Assembly: GCA_903866425.1 (NCBI GenBank)
Contig: CAIPNN010000006.1
Location: forward strand, 1-34,267
DNA: 34,267 nt
From: an uncultured Actinomycetes bacterium
Lineage (GTDB): Bacteria > Actinomycetota > Thermoleophilia > Miltoncostaeales > Miltoncostaeaceae
Direction of reading: 5' to 3'
In this document: positions 8,455 to 18,649 of the stretch, piece by piece
Numbering within the stretch: the first letter of the stretch is position 1
Layout: each line of letters opens with the position of its first letter
Translations under genes and position numbers: made by a program
Notes under the pieces: generated by a model
Told to the model about the DNA's origin: nothing
The model's database searches: none
The model's input: the letters and a program-made list of their open reading frames with translations, nothing else

Positions 8455-10388
8455 CAGTTGGTCTTGGCCGCGGTACCGCAGCGGGAGGAGTCGAACTTGA
8501 GGTCTGCTGCCATCGCCTCGCACACCGCGGGTGCGGCGGAGTTGGCGCCCTGCCCACCGCGCTCCACAACCACGGCCACCACAATCTTCGGGTCGTCCGC
8601 CGGGGCATACCCGACGTACCAGGCGTGGTCGATCTTCGACGGGTTCTCGGCCGTGCCGGTCTTCCCCGCCACCTTGAACGCGGGGGGCAGGTTGCCGAAC
8701 ACCGGCGTCGCTGTGCCCTCGTTGCCATTGGCGGCCAGCAACAGCCCCTGCTTGATCACATCGAGGTTGCTCGCGGACAGGCCAAGGGCGCGCGATGCGC
8801 GTGCGCTGATGAGGTCACGCAGCACGCGGCCGTCCGTGTCAACCACCGCGTTTCCGAGCGTGGGAGTGATGACCTTGCCGCCGTTGGCAATTGCGGCATA
8901 GGCCGTGGCCATCTGGAGGGGGGTCACCAGCACGTTTCCCTGACCGATGGACATGTTGATGGAGTCACCCGGGCGCCACGAGCAGTTGATCGGGTCGACC
9001 TTGCGGTTGCACGACTGACGCTTGTAGGCCAGGTCCGGCACCAGCCCAGCGCTCTCGCCCTCGGCGAGATCGAGACCGGTGGGCGAGCCAAAGCCGTACT
9101 TCTGCGACCACTCCTGCAGGGGCCATCCACGCATGCGGTACGAGCGATCGCCCAGTGCGTAGAAGAAGGTGTCGCTTGAGACCTCAAGTGCCTTGGGCAG
9201 TGCGATGGGCCCAAACGCCTCATTGTTGAAGCCGCGGAAACGGGTCTTGTAGAGCACCACCGACCCGGGGGCCTCGATCAACTCGCCCGGGCGATACAAA
9301 CCGGCCGCAAGGGCGGCAGACGCCGTGATGGCCTTGAACGTGGAGGCCGCCGGGTACTCGCCGCCGATCGATCGGTTGAGCAGCGGGCGGCCGGGGCTCG
9401 TGAGCACGCGGCGCACCTCGCGCGGGGTGCCCGACTCGAACACGTCGGGCTGATACGTGGGATACGACGCCATGGCGAGCACTGCGCCCGTCTTCGGGTC
9501 GAGGGCAACACCCGCGGCGCCGGTTGAGGTGCCAGAGCTCACCACCTGGGCCTTCAGCGCCTTTTCAAGTGCCCCCTGCACGTCAAGATCAATTGACAGG
9601 CGCAGGGTCTCACCCGGGCGCGGTGCCGACTGGGAGATGACCCCACGCCCCACGATGTCGCCCTGGGCGTTCACCTCAACCTGCTCACGGCCGGCGATAC
9701 CGCGCAGGTAGCGCTCGTACTCACCCTCCACCCCGGCACGGCCGACGGTCTCGTCACCCAGATAGCCCTGCTCGCGATAGGTGGTGATCGACTCCACCGG
9801 AATGGGCCCCGTGTATCCCAGAATGTGCGCCGCGAGGGTGCCGTTGGGGTATTCGCGCTGGTACGCGGCCTGCAACTCAATGCCGGGCAACTGGGCCTGG
9901 CGCTCCTGAACGTATGCCTGCAGTGCGGGCGGCGCATCCTGCTGCAGCACCACAGGCTCAAACGGGCTCACCTTCTGCGCCTTGGCCACCTTTGCCTGGA
10001 AGTACCCCGCAGGGTGTCCCAGCGCGCGCGAGAGGTGACGCAGTGTGCGGGTGCCCGCATCGCTCGTCAGTTCCTGTGGCAGGGCGACCAGGTTGAGCAC
10101 TTCCTTGCTGGTCACGAGCGCCTTGCCATTGCGGTCGGTGATGGCCCCGCGGGGTGCCTCGGTGATGATGGTGCGGAGGCGGTTGGCCTCGGCGCGCTGC
10201 TGGTAGCCCTGGTTGCTCACCACCTGCAGAAACCAGAGGCGAATCACGAGCACGGCAAGAAGCACGAGCGCCACACCCGCGAACGACGCCATGCGCAGCA
10301 CCGACCGGGGCGGGCGGGGGCGCCGACGACGGCGCGGCGGCGGATCGTCAACTGGTGGACGGGGGGTGTGCGGCTCGGTGGTGCTCAC
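8454..10388 (-). CDS. mrdA: penicillin-binding protein 2 (elongation-specific class B transpeptidase)
   Basis: 644 aa. Basic Pro/Arg N-terminus, one TM, PBP dimerisation region, then transpeptidase motifs STFK (AASTFKAITA), SIN-type SxN and KTGTA. GTG 10388 overlaps the mreD TGA (GTGA). Confidence 0.9.
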   Translation of the reverse strand: MSTTEPHTPRPPVDDPPPRRRRRPRPPRSVLRMASFAGVALVLLAVLVIRLWFLQVVSNQGYQQRAEANRLRTIITEAPRGAITDRNGKALVTSKEVLNLVALPQELTSDAGTRTLRHLSRALGHPAGYFQAKVAKAQKVSPFEPVVLQQDAPPALQAYVQERQAQLPGIELQAAYQREYPNGTLAAHILGYTGPIPVESITTYREQGYLGDETVGRAGVEGEYERYLRGIAGREQVEVNAQGDIVGRGVISQSAPRPGETLRLSIDLDVQGALEKALKAQVVSSGTSTGAAGVALDPKTGAVLAMASYPTYQPDVFESGTPREVRRVLTSPGRPLLNRSIGGEYPAASTFKAITASAALAAGLYRPGELIEAPGSVVLYKTRFRGFNNEAFGPIALPKALEVSSDTFFYALGDRSYRMRGWPLQEWSQKYGFGSPTGLDLAEGESAGLVPDLAYKRQSCNRKVDPINCSWRPGDSINMSIGQGNVLVTPLQMATAYAAIANGGKVITPTLGNAVVDTDGRVLRDLISARASRALGLSASNLDVIKQGLLLAANGNEGTATPVFGNLPPAFKVAGKTGTAENPSKIDHAWYVGYAPADDPKIVVAVVVERGGQGANSAAPAVCEAMAADLKFDSSRCGTAAKTN

Positions 10389-10975
10389 GCGTCAAGCATT
10401 CCCGGCTCAACCACTATCGGGGCGCCAAGCAGTCGTCGTGCGACAAGCAGCACGGGCGGGGCGAGGAGAGCCGACAGCGCAACGGTTGGCACCACGATGC
10501 GCAGCGCGATGACCGACGCCGTCATCTCGGTGCCGAGCAGCAGCTGAAACAGCGCATAACCCACCTGCACAAACGCCGCACCGGCCACGATGAGAACAAG
10601 CGGCAGCCCGATCGTCGACGCCTCGGGGCGATCGGCGAAACGCCCGCACCAGAAACCCACCGCCAGGTACAGCAGCGCGAGCACGCCGAGCGTGCCGATG
10701 GGTGTGGTCAACTCGACGATGAACCCGCATGCAAAGCCCGTGACGGCGCCCACCAGCGGGCCGCGAAGTACCGCCACCGACACCACAAGTGCCACCACCA
10801 GATCGGGAATGCCGTCGGCCACCGTGATGTACGGCATCACGGTGATCTGGAGGATGACCACCACGATGGCCATCAGGGCCACCCGCTTAAGGCCCACCCC
10901 GCGCTGCGGAAGCGCTCGCGGCTCCCGGCGCCGCGGTGCAGCAGCGGCACGCCTGAGCGCCGAGCGCGTGCTCAT
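10385..10975 (-). CDS. mreD: rod shape-determining protein MreD
   Basis: 196-aa polytopic membrane protein directly after mreC. ATG 10975 overlaps the mreC TGA (ATGA). The call rests on position and hydrophobicity profile, so it is mostly contextual. Confidence 0.75.
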   Translation of the reverse strand: MSTRSALRRAAAAPRRREPRALPQRGVGLKRVALMAIVVVILQITVMPYITVADGIPDLVVALVVSVAVLRGPLVGAVTGFACGFIVELTTPIGTLGVLALLYLAVGFWCGRFADRPEASTIGLPLVLIVAGAAFVQVGYALFQLLLGTEMTASVIALRIVVPTVALSALLAPPVLLVARRLLGAPIVVEPGMLDA

Positions 10976-11844
10976 CCAGCAGCCCTGCGGCGCGCCGCGG
11001 CGGATTGCGGCGTGAGCACCGCGACCGCCGACAGTGCCCGCACATCAACGTAGGGGGTCACCTGAATGGTCTGGAAGGTGTCCACGTCACGCGACCCCGA
11101 GCCGGCCACCTGGCCAATGGCGATTCCGCGCGGAAACACCGACGGCAGCGACGCCTGGGCAGAGAAGCCGGCGGTGCGGACGATGGACCCCTCCTGCACG
11201 CGGTAATCGCGAGGTACGCCATCCATCATCAGTTGCCCGCCCACCGTCGGGCGCAACACGCCGAGCGCCCCACCCGAGCCGTCCACGGTCGCGCCGATGC
11301 GAATAGACGGGTCGGTGAGGAAGGTGACGGTGGACGACAGCGCCGATGCCTGCGTGATGAGACCAACGAGCGCGGCACCGGGGGCCGCACCGGCAACCAC
11401 GGGGCTGTTGACCACGACGCCATCGCTGGTACCTGCATCGAGGGTGGCGCGTGCGTACCAATTGGACGGCGAACGGCCGATGATGGATGCGTTCACCGGC
11501 GTGTAGCCACCGGGCACGCCGTCGTTGATACGCAACAGGGCCTTGAGGCGCGCGATCTCCGCCGACTGGTCTGACAGGGCGAGAACGCGTGCCTGCAGCG
11601 CGGCATTCTGCGCCTTCAGGTCCTCATTCTCGCCCCGGGCATCAAACAGGCCCGTCACCCAACCCCAACCGTCGCGGAAGGGCTGTACAGCCCGGCTGGA
11701 GATCGACTGCAGGGGCATCACGGCTGTGCCCGCCATCTGCTGAGCGCCATGCAGGGGGCCGCCGCCCGATTCGCGGAAATACGCCGTGAACACGATCAGG
11801 CACACCGCAATGAGGCCACCGATGATCCCCCGCCGGATCATCAC
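10972..11844 (-). CDS. mreC: rod shape-determining protein MreC
   Basis: 290 aa. N-terminal TM (IIGGLIAVCLIVFTAYF), a coiled-coil segment (ENEDLKAQNAALQARVLALSDQSAEIARLKALL), then beta-rich domains with GIAIGQV near the C-terminus. Start is GTG 11844 or ATG 11841. Confidence 0.85.
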   Translation of the reverse strand: MMIRRGIIGGLIAVCLIVFTAYFRESGGGPLHGAQQMAGTAVMPLQSISSRAVQPFRDGWGWVTGLFDARGENEDLKAQNAALQARVLALSDQSAEIARLKALLRINDGVPGGYTPVNASIIGRSPSNWYARATLDAGTSDGVVVNSPVVAGAAPGAALVGLITQASALSSTVTFLTDPSIRIGATVDGSGGALGVLRPTVGGQLMMDGVPRDYRVQEGSIVRTAGFSAQASLPSVFPRGIAIGQVAGSGSRDVDTFQTIQVTPYVDVRALSAVAVLTPQSAAARRRAAG

Positions 11845-11973
11845 GCTGCGGCGCTCGTCATCGTTCTTCCTGGGCGATTCGGGAATTTCCGTGGCCTCCT
11901 CAGCCGGTCCGCAGCATCCGGGTCACGATATGGCACCGCCTTCCGCGTATGCCATGTCGCGGGTCCCGGCCGC

Positions 11974-13047
<1,074 letters not shown>

Positions 13048-13134
13048 TCAAGAAATCGCCCGGGGGCGTCCCCAAAGGGTATCCCAACCCTCAAATACCG
13101 CGATGTGCAGGCAACAAACCCTGCACGACACGTT

Positions 13135-13830
13135 TCAGCGACACGTCAGAGCACGGTGCCAGACACCACCCGGTGTCTGGCACCGCCACGGGATGCAGAC
13201 GCCCACATGCCCCTTCGGAAGGGCTGAGGGGCGGTGCCTGGCACCGGGTGGTGTCTGGCACCAGGGGGGGAGGCCGGCGTCTTTCAGCAGTGCTGCCAGT
13301 GGTCCGATTGGCAAGCCGATGATCGTGCTCGGGTCGCCCGTGATCTCCTCCACCAGGGCACCGCCTGCGCCCTGAATTGCGTAGGCGCCTGCGCGGCCCT
13401 GCCATTCGCCCTGCGCGAGGTACCACTGCACCATGGCTTCGTCCATCGGGCGCATGTGCACGTCGGCACTCGACAGCGCGGTGCGCTCGCCCTCGCTCGT
13501 GATGAGCACCAGACCCGTCATCACAACGTGGGTACGGCCGGCAAGGGCACGAAGCATCTCCCCTGCCTCGGCCGGGTCGGCAGCCTTTCCGAGCGCCATG
13601 CCGTCGAGCACCACCTCGGTGTCAGCACCCAGCACGGCGCCACCATCGGGAATCCCCACGCGTTCCGCCACGTCGCGGGCCTTGCCGCGTGCGTGGGCCA
13701 TCACCCGCTCGTCGGCGGGCAGGCCCTGGTCGCTGTCCTCGGCCTCACCCGAGGCCACGACGCGGAACGGAACGCCAAGCGCCCCCAGCAGCCCACGCCG
13801 CTGGGGGGATCGCGAGGCGAGGATGATCAG
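13135..13830 (-). CDS. maf: Maf-family nucleoside-triphosphate pyrophosphatase (septum formation protein Maf) with a ~42-codon repeat-encoded C-terminal tail; start CTG 13830 or ATC 13827
   Basis: Contains [25 protein letters not shown]...[10 protein letters not shown]...[29 protein letters not shown]...[28 protein letters not shown], the Maf pattern. The ORF-track N-terminus (from 14025) is Arg-rich text overlapping ndk out of frame. The conserved LILASxSPRR block starts exactly at the ndk stop. Confidence 0.85.
   Translation of the reverse strand: MIILASRSPQRRGLLGALGVPFRVVASGEAEDSDQGLPADERVMAHARGKARDVAERVGIPDGGAVLGADTEVVLDGMALGKAADPAEAGEMLRALAGRTHVVMTGLVLITSEGERTALSSADVHMRPMDEAMVQWYLAQGEWQGRAGAYAIQGAGGALVEEITGDPSTIIGLPIGPLAALLKDAGLPPWCQTPPGARHRPSALPKGHVGVCIPWRCQTPGGVWHRALTCR
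13155..13184. repeat. perfect 30-nt palindrome (13-bp arms GGTGCCAGACACC / GGTGTCTGGCACC, 4-nt loop ACCC), REP-like element copy 1
   Basis: Read directly: ggtgccagacacc-accc-ggtgtctggcacc. It lies inside the 3' tail of the maf ORF and ~130 nt upstream of the mreB start. Confidence 0.85.
13233..13262. repeat. imperfect second copy of the same palindrome (GGTGCCTGGCACC-GGGT-GGTGTCTGGCACC)
   Basis: The right arm is identical to copy 1 (GGTGTCTGGCACC). The left arm differs in its 3 central bases. Copy centres are ~78 nt apart. Confidence 0.75.
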
Positions 13831-14246
13831 CCGATCAGCTCCGAGGCGGCGAAGTGGATGCCCAGCTCGCGCGCGGCGCTGTCGGGGCTGTCGGAGCCAT
13901 GAATGACGTTCTGGCCCAGGTCGAGTGCGTAGTCGCCGCGGATGGTGCCTGGTGCGGCGTCCTGCGGGTTGGTGGCGCCCATCATGGTGCGGCTGGCACC
14001 GATGGCACCCTCGCCCTCGACGCACAGCATGACCACGGGCCCCGAGGTGATGAACTCCACCAGCTCGGCGAAGAACGGCTTGTCACGGTGCTCGGCGTAG
14101 TGCTCCTCGGCGGCGGCCCGCGTCATTACGGTCTTCTTCAGACCCACGATGTTGAAGCCGCGGCGCTCGAAGCGGGCGAGGATCTCGCCGGACAGGCCAC
14201 GGGCGGTTGCGTCGGGCTTCACCATCACGAAGGTGCGTTCAGTCAT
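13827..14246 (-). CDS. ndk: nucleoside-diphosphate kinase
   Basis: The 139-aa product reads [38 protein letters not shown]...[15 protein letters not shown], with the catalytic His in NVIHGSD. Confidence 0.97.
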   Translation of the reverse strand: MTERTFVMVKPDATARGLSGEILARFERRGFNIVGLKKTVMTRAAAEEHYAEHRDKPFFAELVEFITSGPVVMLCVEGEGAIGASRTMMGATNPQDAAPGTIRGDYALDLGQNVIHGSDSPDSAARELGIHFAASELIG

Positions 14247-14251
14247 CGGGT

Positions 14252-14791
14252 TCAGTACTCCGGGTTCTCGGTGACGTCGCTGCGGCGACCGCGCTCGACG
14301 CGCGTCTCCTCAACGGCTCGGTTCTGGGTGGGCGATGCAGGCGCAGCGCAGTACGGACACACCTGCCAGTGCGGGTCAAGCGGCTCTGAGCAACGGCGAC
14401 AGGGCTGGCGCAGCGACGTGGTGCAGTTGGGGCACACGAGGAATCGTGGGCCAACCACGCCCTCGCACGACGGGCAGCGAAGGCCCTCGACCTGGCTCTC
14501 AAGCGCGAGCGTCTCGAGCTCACGGTCGTGAGCGTCGGTGAGGTACTCCGGCGGGCGGATGAACAGGTACACCAGCGCGCCGAGGAACGGGATGATCAGC
14601 GCGATTGCCACGCAGGCGGAAATGGCCCCGGAATTCTCGAATCGGCGACGGGCGTCCTGGTACACCCAGTAGGCCAGCGCCAGCCACAGGGCCACGGCGA
14701 AGACCTGAATCAGCAACAGCGCGATGCTCCACGCGGTGGAGCCGAAGAAGTCGGAGGCCGACTGGAAGGGATCACTGCTCAAAAAGGTCAT
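14252..14791 (-). CDS. membrane protein: N-terminal 2-TM PLD-nuclease-N-like hairpin plus C-terminal double zinc ribbon
   Basis: ORF 14252..14800 trimmed to ATG 14791, which overlaps the folC TGA (ATGA). Two TM segments flank [29 protein letters not shown] resembles the PLDc_N motif. Four CxxC pairs are present: CPSC, CPNC, CRRC, CPYC. Confidence 0.7.
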   Translation of the reverse strand: MTFLSSDPFQSASDFFGSTAWSIALLLIQVFAVALWLALAYWVYQDARRRFENSGAISACVAIALIIPFLGALVYLFIRPPEYLTDAHDRELETLALESQVEGLRCPSCEGVVGPRFLVCPNCTTSLRQPCRRCSEPLDPHWQVCPYCAAPASPTQNRAVEETRVERGRRSDVTENPEY

Positions 14792-16089
14792 CGACCCCAC
14801 ATCTCCTCGGCGTGGTTCTGGCCTGAAGCGGCGGCAAGCGTAGCGAGATCCGACAACAGGTGGAGAGATCCGGCCACCAGCACGGCCCCGTCAGGGCCGG
14901 CGTCAGCACACGCACGCTCGAGGGCGCGGGCCGGACCGGGCACGATCTCCACCGGCACACCGCGCATCTCGAGCATGCGGGCGATGAATTCGGGGCGAAT
15001 TGCCCGCCCAGAGGACGCCCGCGTCACCCGTGCCGCCGAGATGGCCGGCGCAAGCGCGTCGCAGATACCCGCGCAATCCTTGTCGGCCATCATGCCGATG
15101 ACCGCCACGGGCTTCGCATCGCCCAGGATCTCGGGCAGCGACTGCGCCAGGGCGCGGGCACCGGCCGGGTTGTGGGCGCCATCCATCACGATGACGGGCG
15201 CGCCGGCAATCACCTGCAGGCGTCCGGGATTCTGCATCTCGCTGATGGCACGCTCAACGAGGGCGCGGTCAACCGGGCCACCGAGCACCCGTTCCGCAGC
15301 GCCCACCGCCAGCGCGAGGTTGCCGCGCTGCCAGTCAGCGTGCACGGGCACATCAAGCGGCCCCGTCGATCCGTTGGGCGTGGAGATACTCACGGGGAGT
15401 CGGTTTCCGGATTCGACCACGATTTCCTGCCCCACGCGCCATCCGGTAAGGCTGCGTTCAGACACAATCGGCGCGACTGCAGCCCATGCCTCAGGCGACA
15501 GCGCCCCGATCATCACGCCCTCCAGCCCCTCGCGCGCGACGGCCAGCTTCTCGCCGGCGATCTCCGCGAGGGTCTCTCCCAGCAGCTCCGTGTGGTCAAG
15601 ATCAACACCCGTGAGCACCACCACATCGGCGTCGAGCACGTTCGTGGCATCCAGGCGGCCGCCCAGCCCCGCCTCCACCACGATCGCCTGAGCGCCCGCG
15701 GTGCCGAAGGCATCGAGCGCAACCGCGGTGAGTGCCTCGAACTGGGTGATCTGCCCCTCGGGCACGTCCGGCACCGCCGCCTGCACGCGATCGGCCGCCT
15801 GCGCGAATGCGCCGGGGCTGATGGGCACGCCATCGAGGGCGATGCGCTCATGCCACCCCATCACGTGGGGCGATACGTAGGCCCCCGTCCGCAGTCCGTG
15901 GGCGGTGAGGATGGCCGCGGTCATGCGCGTGACCGACGACTTGCCGTTGGTGCCCACCACGTGCACCGCGGGAATACCGCGCACGGGGTGCCCCAGGGCC
16001 TCCATGAGCGTCTGCATGCGTTCCAGCCCGAACTTCATGCCGAAGAGGTCGAGCCCCTCGATCCAGTTCTCCGCCGGAGTGCCTGCCAT
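14788..16089 (-). CDS. folC: bifunctional folylpolyglutamate synthase / dihydrofolate synthase
   Basis: ORF 14788..16266 trimmed to ATG 16089, 7 nt after the valS stop. Contains VHVVGTNGKSSV (Mur-ligase P-loop) and EAGLGGRLDATNV. It has the classical position after valS. Confidence 0.9.
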   Translation of the reverse strand: MAGTPAENWIEGLDLFGMKFGLERMQTLMEALGHPVRGIPAVHVVGTNGKSSVTRMTAAILTAHGLRTGAYVSPHVMGWHERIALDGVPISPGAFAQAADRVQAAVPDVPEGQITQFEALTAVALDAFGTAGAQAIVVEAGLGGRLDATNVLDADVVVLTGVDLDHTELLGETLAEIAGEKLAVAREGLEGVMIGALSPEAWAAVAPIVSERSLTGWRVGQEIVVESGNRLPVSISTPNGSTGPLDVPVHADWQRGNLALAVGAAERVLGGPVDRALVERAISEMQNPGRLQVIAGAPVIVMDGAHNPAGARALAQSLPEILGDAKPVAVIGMMADKDCAGICDALAPAISAARVTRASSGRAIRPEFIARMLEMRGVPVEIVPGPARALERACADAGPDGAVLVAGSLHLLSDLATLAAASGQNHAEEMWGR

Positions 16090-16096
16090 GCCGGAC

Positions 16097-18649
16097 CTAC
16101 CCCAGCGCGTTGAGGCGGGCGGAGAGCTCCTCCACCTCGGCGGTGAAGCGTCGCGCCTTCTCGCGCTCGGCCTCCACCAGATGCTCGGGTGCACGGCTGG
16201 TGAACCGATCGTTGCCGAGCTGCTTCTCGGCGCGCGCGAGCTCCACCGAGGCCGCCTTGATCGCACCCTCCAGACGCGCGCGCTCGACGACGGGATCCAC
16301 CTCAGGCGCCTTCACCAGCAGCCGGCCCCCGGCGATGGGCAGCACCAGCGCGTCCTCGCCCGGGTCGCCGATCTCCACGCCGGCGATGGCCGCAAGCGCA
16401 TCGGCGGGGATCGCCGACGGGTCGTCGGTGGCAATGGCGACCGTCAGCGACACACGGGGGCTGATGCCCTGCTCGGCGCGCAGGCCGCGGATGGCCTGCA
16501 CGGCCTCGCGCAGTGCGGCAATCGCGGCTTCTGCCTGCTCGTCGCGCGGCCCCGGTGCCTCGGCCGGACCATGCGTGAGCATGAGCCCCTCCGAACCGGG
16601 CAGGCGGCTCCAGCACTCTTCGGTCGTGAACGGGATGACCGGGTGCGACAACGCCAGCACCTGCTCGAGCGCCGTGCCGGCGAACTCCGGCGTGGCCAGC
16701 CCCACCTTCAGCAACTCGAGGTACCAGTCGCACAGGTCGTCGAAAATCAGGTGGTACAGGCCGTCGGCGAACTGGCTGAACTCGAACCCGCTCACCAGAC
16801 GGTCGCTCTCGGCAATGGCCTCGCCGATGACCGACGCGATCCAGCGGTCGCCGAGCGTGGTGGGCTGTGCCGCAGCGCCAGCCTTTCCACCGCGGTCGAT
16901 CACCAGGCGCGTGGCGTTCCACAACTTGGTCACCAACTGGCGGCCCTGCTTGATGCGGTCCTCGCTGAAGCGCACATCCTGCGTGGAGGTGATCATGAGC
17001 AGGCCGAAGCGCAGCGAGTCGGCGCCCTCGCGGTCGACCACCTCAAGGGGGTCGATGCCGGTGCCGAGGCTCTTGCTCATGCGGCGGCCATCGGGTGCCT
17101 GCACCACCGAGTGGATGTACACGTCGCGGAACGGCACCTCGCCCATGTACTCGAGGCCCATCATCACCATGCGGGCCACCCACAGGAAGATGATCTCGCG
17201 GGCGGTGGAGAGGACGCTGGTGGGGTAAAAGCGCGAGAGTTCAGGCGTGCGGTCCGGCCAGCCGAGCGTGGCAAACGGCCAGAGCGCCGACGAGAACCAG
17301 GTGTCGAGCACGTCGGCGTCGCGGGTCCAGCCGTCGCCCTCAGGCGCCTCCATGCCCACGTACACCTCGTCGCCGCGGTAGTACACGGGCAGCTGGTGCC
17401 CCCACCACAGCTGGCGCGACAGACACCACGGGCGAATCTCAGAAAGCCAGTCCTGGTACACGCGGCCCCAGGTGGGCGGTGAGAAGTTGACGCGGCCGTC
17501 GCGCACGGCGTCGATGGCCGGCGCGGCCAACTTCTCCATGTCGCAGAACCACTGCAGCGACAGCAGCGGCTCCACGCGGGCACCGGAACGGTGCGAGAAG
17601 GGCACGGTGTGCAGGTAGTCCTCGGTGCCGCGGATGAGGCCAGCCGACTCCAGGTCGGCAACCACAGCGGCCTGTGCCTCGGCCACGGTGAGTCCGCGGT
17701 AGGCCTCGGGGGCGGCATTGGTGATGCAGCCGTCCTCGCCGATCACCTGAATGGCCTCAAGCCCGTGGCGGCGCATGATCTCGAAGTCGTTGGGGTCGTG
17801 CGCCGGGGTCACCTTGAGCGCGCCGGTGCCGAACGATGGGTCAACGTGTTCGTCGCCGATGATCGGCACCTCACGGCCGCTCAGCGGCAGCGTGACGGTC
17901 TTGCCCACCATGTCGCGGTAGCGCTCGTCGTCGGGGTTCACCGCAACGGCGGTATCACCCAGCATGGTCTCGGCGCGCACCGTGGCCACCACGATCTCAC
18001 CCGACCCATCGGTGAGCGGGTACGCGATGCGCACGAGGGTGTCGGTGACCTCGCGGTTCTCCACCTCGAGGTCCGAGATGGCCGAACCGAGGCCCGGGTC
18101 CCAGTTGACCAGGTACGTGTCGCGGTAGACGTAGCCCTTCTCGTACAGGTCGACGAACACGCGCAGCACGGCCTTGGCGTAGCCGTCGTCCATGGTGAAC
18201 CGCTCGCGCGAGTAGTCCATGGTGCAGCCAAGGCGGGTGAACTGCTCGATGATGCGCCCGCCGTACTCCTGCTTCCACTCCCACACGCGATCGAGGAATG
18301 CCTCGCGGCCCAGGTCGGCGCGCTTGATGCCCTCCTTCGCGAGCTCCTTCTCAACCACCGCCTGCGTGGCGATGCCCGCGTGGTCGGTACCGCAGATCCA
18401 TTCCGCCTCGTACCCCGCCATGCGGTGACGGCGGATGAGCACGTCCTGCACCGTGCCGTTGAGGGCGTGGCCCATGTGCAGCGCACCGGTCACATTGGGC
18501 GGCGGCACGGCGATCACATACGGCGGCTTCGGGCTGGATGGGTCGCCGCGCGACACGCCCGACTCGCGCCAGGCATCCACCCAGCGCGCCTCCACCTCGT
18601 GGGGCTCAAGTCGTGCCGGCCAGGCTCCCGCGTCGCCCTCGGTGGCTAT
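16097..18649 (-). CDS. valS: valine--tRNA ligase; start proposed at ATA 18649 (the ORF track starts at GTG 18595)
   Basis: Contains [21 protein letters not shown] (HIGH-type motif), KMSKS ([10 protein letters not shown]) and a C-terminal coiled coil. The open frame upstream of 18595 encodes ...WPARLEPHE, continuing the conserved N-terminal block. GAGGAG sits 5 nt before the ATA. Confidence 0.95.
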   Translation of the reverse strand: MATEGDAGAWPARLEPHEVEARWVDAWRESGVSRGDPSSPKPPYVIAVPPPNVTGALHMGHALNGTVQDVLIRRHRMAGYEAEWICGTDHAGIATQAVVEKELAKEGIKRADLGREAFLDRVWEWKQEYGGRIIEQFTRLGCTMDYSRERFTMDDGYAKAVLRVFVDLYEKGYVYRDTYLVNWDPGLGSAISDLEVENREVTDTLVRIAYPLTDGSGEIVVATVRAETMLGDTAVAVNPDDERYRDMVGKTVTLPLSGREVPIIGDEHVDPSFGTGALKVTPAHDPNDFEIMRRHGLEAIQVIGEDGCITNAAPEAYRGLTVAEAQAAVVADLESAGLIRGTEDYLHTVPFSHRSGARVEPLLSLQWFCDMEKLAAPAIDAVRDGRVNFSPPTWGRVYQDWLSEIRPWCLSRQLWWGHQLPVYYRGDEVYVGMEAPEGDGWTRDADVLDTWFSSALWPFATLGWPDRTPELSRFYPTSVLSTAREIIFLWVARMVMMGLEYMGEVPFRDVYIHSVVQAPDGRRMSKSLGTGIDPLEVVDREGADSLRFGLLMITSTQDVRFSEDRIKQGRQLVTKLWNATRLVIDRGGKAGAAAQPTTLGDRWIASVIGEAIAESDRLVSGFEFSQFADGLYHLIFDDLCDWYLELLKVGLATPEFAGTALEQVLALSHPVIPFTTEECWSRLPGSEGLMLTHGPAEAPGPRDEQAEAAIAALREAVQAIRGLRAEQGISPRVSLTVAIATDDPSAIPADALAAIAGVEIGDPGEDALVLPIAGGRLLVKAPEVDPVVERARLEGAIKAASVELARAEKQLGNDRFTSRAPEHLVEAEREKARRFTAEVEELSARLNALG

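Noticed and set aside
7712-8728. A 338-aa minus-strand ORF overlapping rodA and mrdA in another frame.
   Set aside because: It is Arg/Pro/Gly-rich text with no motif. The overlapping frames encode complete RodA and PBP2, so this is an alternate-frame artefact.
15905-17482. A 525-aa plus-strand ORF. Similar long plus-strand ORFs occur at 14528..15691, 14860..16113, 17591..18868, 19087..20379, 20643..21749 and 22134..23741.
   Set aside because: All are antisense to genes with unmistakable conserved products (valS, folC, clpX, tig, aceB). Their translations are Arg/His/Gly/Ala-rich low-information text, typical of stop-codon-poor antisense frames in very GC-rich DNA.
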